This document shows positions 1-8,244 of a stretch of DNA of 8,469 bases, one piece after another. Positions within the stretch are counted from its first letter, which is position 1; every line of letters begins with the position of its first letter. A model generated the notes under the pieces. The model was not told the DNA's origin. It did no database searches and was given only the letters and a program-made list of their open reading frames with translations. The position numbers and the translations under genes are program-made. The DNA comes from Paraspadella gotoi. Taxonomy: Eukaryota > Animalia > Chaetognatha. The stretch lies in contig JBJCIZ010000284.1 in NCBI GenBank assembly GCA_051294375.1, forward strand, positions 1 to 8,469, in the 5' to 3' direction.

Positions 1-80
1 AGAGACAGTAAAGAGAGACCATCTTCCTTATTGCGCTTCATTTGTTAAATGGCCATTAGGAAAAAGTATCCTTGCTATAG

Positions 81-353
81 AAGACGATGGAGACGACGAC
101 GACAACAACAACGACGACTTTGAAGTAAACGACGATGATGAAAACGACGACGACAGCAACGACAACGACAATAATGACAATGACAATGACGAACAATAAT
201 GACAATGACATTAATTAACGACTACATATGACGCTGCGAGAGAATGATTGACCGGGATGGTTTGAGGAACGACAACTTACGATGAATGACAAAGACGACA
301 ATGAGAATGATGGTTGCGATGACACTGATGATGAGAAAGACGACGACGACAAC
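81..353. repeat. Degenerate trinucleotide repeat (GAC/AAC/GAT/AAT)
   Basis: Runs such as GACGACGACGACAACAACAACGACGAC and GACAATGACAATGAC throughout the span. Confidence 0.85.
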
Positions 354-407
354 TCATTCAATCTCGCGTGCGGCTTTTAAACCCGATGCTCTTTTTACTC
401 AAAAATA

Positions 408-490
408 TTTTTTTTAAATCGAGACAAGCGACTGCCATCGGTCGGTCTGTCTGCCAGGTCGGTCAGTCTGTCTTTTGATCCGTCGGTCGA
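408..490 (+). mobile_element. Possible decayed 5' end of a Helentron/DINE-like element with a (GGTC/GTCT)n tract
   Basis: A T-run, then AATCGAGACAAGCGACT, then CGGTCGGTCTGTCTG...GGTCGGTCAGTCTGTC (439-472). The layout matches the element at 4019. Confidence 0.35.
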
Positions 491-870
491 TTCAAATTAC
501 AAAAAAAAAGATTAATGATTAAATGAAAGACATGAAAATTTTTTTTTTAAAAACTGAAAACTCGAATTTCGACTAAAACAATTTCAAATAATAATACATG
601 AGGGAATGAATAAATTAATATGACGAAACTTTTTTTCACTCTTTATTATTTTTTTCTGATTGAAGGCTGAATATTAATCAAAAAATCGTCTCTCGTGTAC
701 AAAAACTCAAAAATTATGAAATATGAATATCAGTAGAAAAAAGATGACATAAAATTTCTGTTTGATCGAACAGATTTATTTCTTTGGCCAGAATAAGCGA
801 CGAAGGAGACAAAGACTCAAAATGAAGATAGAGGAGTAGCTTTCCATATTTTTCCTTCTCTTTTGTCTTT

Positions 871-908
871 CTTTCTGTTTTTTTACTTTCTGTTTTTTTA
901 CTTTCTGT
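871..908. repeat. 15-bp tandem repeat CTTTCTGTTTTTTTA, about 2.5 copies
   Basis: Identical units at 871-885 and 886-900, partial unit at 901-908. Confidence 0.8.
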
Positions 909-1328
909 CTGTTTTTTTCTTTCTTGTTTACCCTTTTTTTATTTCAATATAGTCTCGACATTTTTCAGATTTTCTTTTCATTTTAATAGTACAATTAAAT
1001 TGATACCATTTATTTTTTATAATTTTGTCTGAAAGTTTCTATGAAATTAGTACGACAAATATAAAAATTAGACATTTATTTAATACATTAAGCTATTTGC
1101 CCCTTGAGGCGACTTACCACCGGTCTCTCTCCAAAACCCTATGCTCTCTTCCCTCATCTTCTATCTTACTTTAAACACTTACAAGTTAATAATTATAAAT
1201 ATCTAAATATATAATAATATTTATAACAGGGTTTTTGAATAAATTCTTAAACGGCCATTATAAATATTGAGATGACAAAGAACACTTCTCTCTAAATTTC
1301 AGCTTCGGAGTCTTACCATTAAATAACC

Positions 1329-1329
<1 letters not shown>

Positions 1330-1412
<83 letters not shown>
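1330..1412. repeat. (CT)n microsatellite
   Basis: Near-perfect CT run with a few interruptions. Confidence 0.97.
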
Positions 1413-1563
1413 AAATTTTGTTCAGCCCGCGCTTTCGGTGCCGTCGTGAATTATGCCCGTGCTTATCGCAATCCGCGCCCGCGGATTTTTTGACGTTAGC
1501 ACAAATCTCACAATCTATTCAAGCGGATGAATATTTGCCAGAGTGCGGGACTCGTGGGATTTC

Positions 1564-1564
<1 letters not shown>

Positions 1565-1640
<76 letters not shown>
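1565..1640. repeat. (CT)n microsatellite
   Basis: Near-perfect CT run. Confidence 0.97.
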
Positions 1641-2111
1641 CTTCAAGATGGTACATCGGCCCTGAGGGGCAGCAGTTCAAACGCGATCGAGAGCGATTTT
1701 CAAAGTTTGATAAGACGAAGGCTTAAAAGTGATAAGGAGAAACGTTAGATAAGCAATGCTTACTAATTTCTTAAATATAAATTATTATAGTTATTAATTA
1801 TTATATTGTTATCATTATCATAATATTATATTAAATTATTTTAAAAATATAAATTATAGGTACCTACTTTCAGAAAAGAAATACAAATAAAAGAAACAGT
1901 TTTGAATCAACAATTTTTCCTCCGATGATTTTCAGTCAATAGGTTACTAATATATTTTATTTTAATAAAATTCAATTCTATGCACACTAAAATCATGCAA
2001 AAGCAGGGAAAATGAGTAGAGAAAAACATGGTAAAGCAGCTCATGGCAGGGAAGGCGGAGTAAAGAAGGAGGGTAAGCTTATCACCATTGTCTATCATCA
2101 ACCGCAGCTCA

Positions 2112-2113
<2 letters not shown>

Positions 2114-2156
<43 letters not shown>

Positions 2157-2172
2157 TCTCTCTCCCTCTCTC
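2114..2172. repeat. (CT)n microsatellite
   Basis: CT run that degenerates at its 3' end. Confidence 0.95.
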
Positions 2173-2283
2173 CTTCGTTCGCTTGGTAATTATGCAACCT
2201 CACTTTAAAACAGTCCATCATAATTCATGAGAAACGCGACACGAGAGATGGGAAGGGGGGAAAATGAAAATAACGCTACAAGC

Positions 2284-2286
<3 letters not shown>

Positions 2287-2352
<66 letters not shown>

Positions 2353-2385
2353 AGAGAGAGAAGAGAGAGGAGAGAGAGAGAGAGA
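2287..2385. repeat. (AG)n microsatellite
   Basis: About 100 bp AG run with interruptions in the 3' third. Confidence 0.97.
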
Positions 2386-2789
2386 AATATCCTAAGCGAA
2401 AGAAAATACCCGTCACTTTTGGCGTAAAGGGTTTTGAAATGAGCCGAAGGGAATTTTTAAGGGGTAAGTTGAGGGTAAGTTTTTTCCTTCGTTTCCGACG
2501 TCTTTTGCTGGAAGGAGAAGAGGTCATGATTAGAAAAGGAGGAGAATTCGACGGGAAATTATGTCTTTCCGACGCCATTTTTTTTTTTCTTTCTTTTTTC
2601 TTTTTTCTTCTGGATGGAATAACCTTTAAAATCAGAATTATCCCCAGATTAACTACGATTTCCAAAATATAAGCAGCATTTTATTCTCATGAGATATTGG
2701 TACAACCTATATGATGATTATTCAATCTCCATTCGTTTATGAAATAAGCTCGCTTGCCCCAAAATTTTTAAGATAATGTTTTAGTGTAG

Positions 2790-2915
2790 TCCAATTTTCC
2801 GTTTTGAGCGTTTTGAAGTTATATATTTATGAAGCATAACATTAATCGCACTCTTTAGTAAAATTACAAGTTATTTTTAAATATAACTTCAAAACGCGCA
2901 AAATGGGAAAACGGA
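2790..2915. mobile_element. Short inverted-repeat (MITE-like) element
   Basis: Arms at 2790-2829 and 2878-2915. Perfect 17-bp core GCGTTTTGAAGTTATAT (2808-2824) pairs with ATATAACTTCAAAACGC (2881-2897). No TSD identified. Confidence 0.6.
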
Positions 2916-3171
2916 TTTAAACTCTAACGTTAACTCATTTTGGAATAAGTTTTCCCGACTCACCCCTTCTACCCTGGATTCACGCCTTGTTGTTCTTGCT
3001 CGGAGTCACCCATTTGTTCTCGTTTGGGTTTTGACGGCCTCATGAATTACCTATCTCTCTCTCTTTTTCTCTCTCTTTTATTTCTATCTTTACCCTCTCT
3101 CTCTCTGTCTTTTTTCTTCTCCCACCTTTCCTCCGCTTTTATTCTATCTCATCCCCCTTTATTATTTTCCT

Positions 3172-3379
3172 CCAATCAGAGAGTTAAAACTTTCCGAATC
3201 GGACCAATCAGAGAAACGATTTGGTAAACTACTTTCCTAACCAATCGGAAAGCGGTAAGTCACGCTCAGCGTCGCCCAATCAGAGTGGCTAAAAGGCCGA
3301 CTCAGTTAGCCAATCGCGGAATAGACGCGCGCCGATCCACCAATCGTGGAAGAGATTAGAGAAGCTTTGGCCTCCAATC
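3172..3379 (+). promoter_or_regulatory. Array of seven CCAAT boxes (NF-Y-type promoter)
   Basis: CCAATC starts at 3172, 3204, 3241, 3276, 3310, 3340 and 3374. All are on the + strand in a locally CpG-rich patch. Confidence 0.8.
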
Positions 3380-3440
3380 CAAGCGGAAGAGTTTCTTTCT
3401 AATTTTTTAAACAAAATTTGTTTTCATGTTTTTTTTTTAC

Positions 3441-3448
3441 CCGGAAGT
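3441..3448 (+). promoter_or_regulatory. ETS-family site CCGGAAGT
   Basis: Exact consensus about 60 bp downstream of the last CCAAT box. A reverse-strand core CACTTCCG lies at 3705-3712. Confidence 0.5.
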
Positions 3449-3703
3449 TTTCTCTACGTTAGAAATGGAAGCAGGTAAATGAATATTTTTAACTCGTTTA
3501 ACAAAGTTAATTAAAATTTAATTTTGCGGATAGTGTTGATATTGAACATTGTACAATGGAGATCCGAGAAAAACGTTATCTTTTTCTCATTTCTCAAAAA
3601 AGTCTTTGGAAAATTTCCTTGATTTTCTTCAATCATTTTGTTTCCCCGTCAACTTACCGATACGTTCTCATTTACCGTCCTTTCCCCGAATCACTTACAA
3701 TCC

Positions 3704-3738
3704 TCACTTCCGATCACTTCCCATCACTTCCCATCACT
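3704..3738 (+). repeat. 10-bp tandem TCACTTCC(G/C)A, about 3.5 copies; Initiator-like
   Basis: TCACTTCCGA, TCACTTCCCA, TCACTTCCCA, TCACT. A further TCACTT lies at 3691. Confidence 0.7.
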
Positions 3739-3788
3739 CGGTTGTAACTTTTCATCTCCTTTTTCCTCATCCTCATCGATCCGCATCT

Positions 3789-3838
3789 GTTGTCGTTGTT
3801 TGTCGTTGTTGTTGTCGTTGTCGTCGTCGACGATCATC
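3789..3838. repeat. (GTT/GTC)n trinucleotide repeat
   Basis: GTTGTCGTTGTTTGTCGTTGTTGTTGTCGTTGTCGTCGTCG. Confidence 0.85.
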
Positions 3839-4018
3839 AAAATCTTTTCTCGTCGTTTCTTTTTTTTATTTTTAAATTCCGACTGACTCACGTAAGTTCA
3901 TTCGTTATTCTATTTATAATATTTTTCTTTTTCATTTTCTTATCTTTCTCGTCTTTATCATTTGGGAGTCAAAACCAGTTGTGCTTCTTTCGTCATCTTC
4001 TTTTTTTCTTCTTTCTGC

Positions 4019-4598
4019 TTTTATTAGTCGCGTCGCGAGTACTATTCGGTCGTTCGGTCGGTCGGTCGGTCGGTCAGTCGGTCGGTATGTCAAGTCCGTC
4101 GATCTGTCCTACTTACGTTCAAAATGTTGATAACTTGTATGAAATTGGTACATAGTCAATCCGTCTAGAATTTCTGAGACGGCCCAAGCTCTGTAACTCG
4201 AGTACAAATGAGAATTTTAAAGAGAGCTTTTGTCTTGATATCGAGTACACATAATGGCCTTATACTCCCCCTACGGTAAAGCCATTGCTCTACGACCCAC
4301 TTTTGGGACATCAGAAACTGTATTGTAAAGATGCTTCAGCCAGATTTGACCCTGAAACCTTTTCGTAACATTGAAATCCGGCGCGCTAAGCACTCTGGGC
4401 CAAATGATTTCAAAAAATAAATTGGTACAAAGTAATTATATAAAGCTGTGGTTCGCTTTTAATTTTTGGGGGAAACAAAATATTACGTTCAAGGCAGAGA
4501 TTTCGACATCCGAGTCCCAAGTGTTCCGATTCGTAACAGAACGTCGCAAACGACGATTAATGTATTAATAGAAGAAAGCAAATATCTGGCTTATTTTT
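4019..4598 (+). mobile_element. Non-autonomous Helentron-associated (HINE/DINE-1-like) element
   Basis: T-run, then ATTAGTCGCGTCGCGA (4023-4038), then a (GGTC)n tract (4047-4109). A degenerate inverted copy TCGCAAACGACGATTAAT lies at 4544-4561. A near-palindrome AAGCAAATATCTGGCTT (4576-4592) is followed by a T-run. Confidence 0.55.
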
Positions 4599-4730
4599 AA
4601 TGTTTTGAAATTGAGGAAAAGTCAGTTGCCTCTTTAAGCCGCGATGTTGAACATTTTCACCTGTCAGCTTTTTAAGGTGTTTTATTAAGTGTTTTTAACT
4701 AGTTCTTATTGTATCAATATTAATAAATAG

Positions 4731-5300
4731 TTAGAGTTACCAAATTTTCAATTACACCAGAATGAAGGCGTCACGACTCATTTTATTTAGCGTTTTTGTT
4801 TGTCTGTAGAAGACATTGTGACTGATAAACCATGAAAAACTTGTACGGAAAGGAACTTTCCCGAGTTTCAAGTGATCGAGTACTTTTGCGTTTTTCTTTT
4901 ATCGTAATTTATATGTGAAAATTAATTTAAAGTGATCTTGGGTTTTAATAAAATAATTGAATAAAACTTGATTTGATTTGAAATATATTTTTTGATGTAG
5001 ACTTTATATTTTTAATTAAACCTTTTTTTTTATATTTTAATTATAATAATATAATATTATTATAATATAAAAATATTAAAGATGATCATTAGTTTTTTGA
5101 TAAAATACATTACTAAAAGTTATTCGTAAATTTGTGGAAGAATAAATATTAAAAAAATAATATCTTAGCAGTACTCACTGAAAATAAAATCAAAATACAT
5201 AATATTAACTTTAAAAAATAAAAGAAAAATAAAAAATGATTAAAATTTATAATTATATTCTTCATAACTTTTTAGAATTTTTGAGCTCTTATGGGCTAAA
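4731..5300 (+). repeat. Left long terminal inverted repeat
   Basis: Exact reverse-complement blocks with the right arm: 4770-4787/8060-8077 (18 bp), 4800-4818/8029-8047 (19 bp), 4869-4890/7955-7976 (22 bp), 5077-5108/7738-7769 (32 bp). Confidence 0.95.
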
Positions 5301-5316
5301 TATAAAAATTCAACAA

Positions 5317-5420
5317 ACTCAATTTTTAATAAGTTCTTTTTGGTCTTTAAAAGACATTAAATACTGCTAAACCCTAAAGAACTTGGATCGGAAAAGGAAC
5401 TCTCAAAGCTTCCAAGCAAT
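5317..5420 (+). repeat. Diverged internal direct copy of TIR segment ~4776-4876
   Basis: AAGACATT...AAACCCTAAAGAACTTGGATCGGAAAAGGAACTCTCAAAGCTTCCAAG aligns collinearly with both arms. Confidence 0.75.
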
Positions 5421-5902
5421 AGTCAATCCTTAGGGTTTTTGCCAAATATTTGTTAAAGCTTGAGAAATGGAATTTAAAATATTTATTTTAAAGATTAGGA
5501 TGTTAGTTATAGAAAGTACAGTACTTTTGAGCTGGGTGCGAGTGCTTGGGGAGCGATTTTCAAATCATTTTTCTTAAGTGGGGGTAGTTTGTCGTTCTGT
5601 TCAGTCTTGACTTTAAAATTTAAATAATTCATAACCGTTTTATGTCTAGCATAATTTTAAATAATATTGGTAGGAATGTGGATAATATGTATTAATGAAA
5701 TGTTATAGGTTGTCTGGCAGGTGATTATATAAAAATTCAATCATTATGACTATAATTTTATAACTATAAAAATAAATAGTCAATATTTTGAAAAGTGGAG
5801 GTACTATTAAATGCCATAACAGGTTAATATAGTCAAAAAAACTTTGTGTTAAATCTTTTTTCATTATATTTTTTTATTAATGGAAGAAATGAAATTAATT
5901 TT

Positions 5903-6606
5903 GCAATAACAACAATTTTATCAACAATAAGGTCGGATATAATTTTGATTCTTGCTTTGTTCGAGTCTTCTCCAGTGGTTTGACTCAACAGATTTTGTTT
6001 CACAAAACATTGAGTTGGGTGAGAGAGAAGAGAGAGAGAAAGAAAGTTTCAACAAAGAATTAAGAAAAGGATAGATGGGAGAACAAAAGAGAAGGTGAGG
6101 ATAGGGAAGAGAGAGAGTGAATAAATTTGCAAAATGGTAAGAGAGAGAGGGAAAAACACTACATTTGGGCATTTTGAGCTCTTTTCTTTTACTTATTTTC
6201 GCTTACTCTTATCTATCCATCCTAACCACTTATTTTTCTATTTCATTCTTACTTACATCATTATCTATGTATTTTACCTTTATTATTAATTATTTCTTTA
6301 GTTTAAAATTAAGTTTGCTTATTTAAAATCTATCTTTGGTTTATTTTTATGACTTAATATAATGATTTTATTACCCCTACTTTCTCTCTATCTCTATCTC
6401 TTTTACTAGTTTCAAATTTTTATTCACTGGTCTCTCCTTCCCTATTCTCACCTTCAACCTATCCTCATTTGTGACCACTATCTTTCTTCAATTCTTTGTT
6501 GGAAGGGAATCTTTGTGAACCGAAATCTGTTGAGTCAAACCGCTGAAGAAGACTCATAAATGCGAGAGTCGAAACCCTTCATTATTAATAAAATCGTTGT
6601 TAATGC
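5903..6606. mobile_element. Nested inverted-repeat element (arms ~5903-6148 and ~6390-6606)
   Basis: Core 5963-5995 matches the reverse complement of 6523-6555 at 31/33 positions. Further collinear blocks: CAACAAAGAATT, GAAGGTGAG.ATAGGGAAG and AGTGAATAAA. Confidence 0.75.
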
Positions 6607-7558
6607 TGAATAAAAACTTGTTTTCTTTTATATCAAACCTTTATAAATAAGTGAACACAAATTAAATGCTCATTGTACATCATTTGCTTCATATGTTTCT
6701 ATTGTACTTTTGGAAATTCTTCCATAAAATACAACATAAGACTAAACCTGCCAGTTTTTTTTCATTTACTCATAATTATTACTTTTTTTATATTAAGATT
6801 CAATCAAACTCGGTTCATACAGTATTTTTCCTCTTTTTTTGTGTTTGACTTAAGAAAGAGGTTTTGATTGATTGTTCTGAACTAATCAATTATTCTGTTT
6901 AAACTATAGCAAATAAACTTGAACTATAGTTAATAAGTTTTATTATAAGTTTAACACTAGTTTTAGACTTGCAATAAATAAAAAATGACGCTCAGCTAGA
7001 CCATGCAAGCAAGCCTTTTACCATATCCTAATTACTTTCTTACAAACAATACCACTCTCATTCAGGTCATCACTAAATTCTTCACCAAAGAGTCAAAATA
7101 TCTAAACAGAAGGAAGAAAAGTTTTGTTTACCTAACTATTTCCAGGATAAATTTTTACATATATCTTTGTATAAATTTATCTTGGCCATTTGTAAATCTA
7201 TACTAATGCCATACTAATTAAATATATATTTTCCCCTTAGTTTATTATGTTTGATACATATTCACAAACATTACTTGATCAATAATATATGCAATCTAGC
7301 CTATCTAATAAAAGGCAAAACAAGTAGATTTCAAAATTTTACTTTAATTTTTTATGAACATACTGTTTTAGATTTAAATTGTTTTTAAAAACAATAAAAG
7401 TTTATAATTCTTGGAGGAAACAATTTACTCATAGCACAAAAGTAGTAATTGGGCCATTTCCAAACACTTTTGATATTTACTAAAAGCAAAGACTTAGCAG
7501 ATTCTGATAATATTGATATTTTATCTAAATTTGACAGTTCTCTGGTAATAAAGCGCAA

Positions 7559-8115
7559 ATTTAAAGCCATAAAGAGCTCAAATTTAAAAAAGTTATGGAG
7601 AAATAATTATAAATTTTAATTTTTTTTTTTAGTTTTAAAGTTTAATATTGTGTATTTTGATTTTATTTTTAGTAAGTACTGCTAAATATTTTTTTTAATA
7701 TTTATTTTCACAAAATTTAGGAATAACTTTTAAGTAAGTATTTTATCAAAAAACTAATGATCATCTTTATATTTTTATATTATATAATATTATATTATTA
7801 ATAAAATTTATTAAAAAATAAAAGGTTTAAATAAAAAAATTAAAGTTTACATCAAAAATATATTTCAAAATCAAATCAAGTATTGATTAATCATTTTTTA
7901 TTAAAAAAATCCTTTAAATTAATTTCACATATAAGATTACGATCAAAGAAAAACCGCAAAAGTACTCGATCACTTGGAAACTCTGGAGAGTTCCTTTCCG
8001 ATCAAGTTTTTTCAGGTTTATTCAGTCCCAATGTCTTCTACAGACAACAAAAAGAACCTAATAAAATGAGTCGTGACCCCTTCATCTGGTTTAATTAAAA
8101 ATTTGGGTAATCTAA
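7559..8115 (-). repeat. Right long terminal inverted repeat
   Basis: Reverse complement of 4731-5300 with scattered substitutions and small indels. It ends TTTGGGTAATCTAA against the left start TTAGAGTTACCAAA. Confidence 0.95.
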
Positions 8116-8166
8116 TAAATAGGGCTAATGATTGAGAGAATGAAAGAATGAAATCGTTTGTTTTGA

Positions 8167-8244
8167 TGATTAATTGGCTGATTAATTAATTATTGATTAA
8201 TAATTGACCTATTGATTAATTAACTGATTAATTATTTGATTAAT
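8167..8244. repeat. Cluster of six TGATTAAT octamers
   Basis: Copies start at 8167, 8179, 8194, 8213, 8225 and 8237. Confidence 0.8.

Larger units (their letters stand above)
4731..8115. mobile_element. Non-autonomous foldback (long-TIR) DNA transposon, Mutator/Foldback-like
   Basis: Terminal inverted repeats of about 570 bp. Direct repeat TAATAAATAG at 4721-4730 and 8113-8122. No transposase ORF seen. Confidence 0.8.

Noticed and set aside
2-199. Open frame 2 encoding a D/N-rich tract
   Set aside because: No ATG in the window. The composition is explained by the GAC/AAC repeat, which continues out of frame past the stop.
1470-1491. Hairpin plus T-run as a bacterial rho-independent terminator
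   Set aside because: The context is eukaryotic and there is no upstream gene.
1418-2672. ORFs with SLSLSL or RERERE tracts
   Set aside because: They are translations of (CT)n and (AG)n microsatellites, open in overlapping frames on both strands.
3172-3379. CRISPR-like array (regular ~34-bp period)
   Set aside because: The conserved unit is only 6 bp, the DNA is eukaryotic and there are no cas genes.
3406-3411. TTTAAA as a CHR cell-cycle element
   Set aside because: Too frequent in AT-rich DNA to support by itself.
3549-4155. Overlapping + strand ORFs of 63-121 aa
   Set aside because: They are F/S/V-rich low-complexity frames from T-rich and GTT/GGTC repeats, mostly with non-ATG starts.
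6867-6931. Small palindromes ATTGATTGTTC/GAACTAATCAAT and AACTATAGTT
   Set aside because: They are short and AT-rich, and plausibly chance.
5921-8098. Short ORFs inside the foldback element as a transposase
   Set aside because: All are under 85 aa with no DDE or zinc-finger motif, and two lie within inverted-repeat arms.
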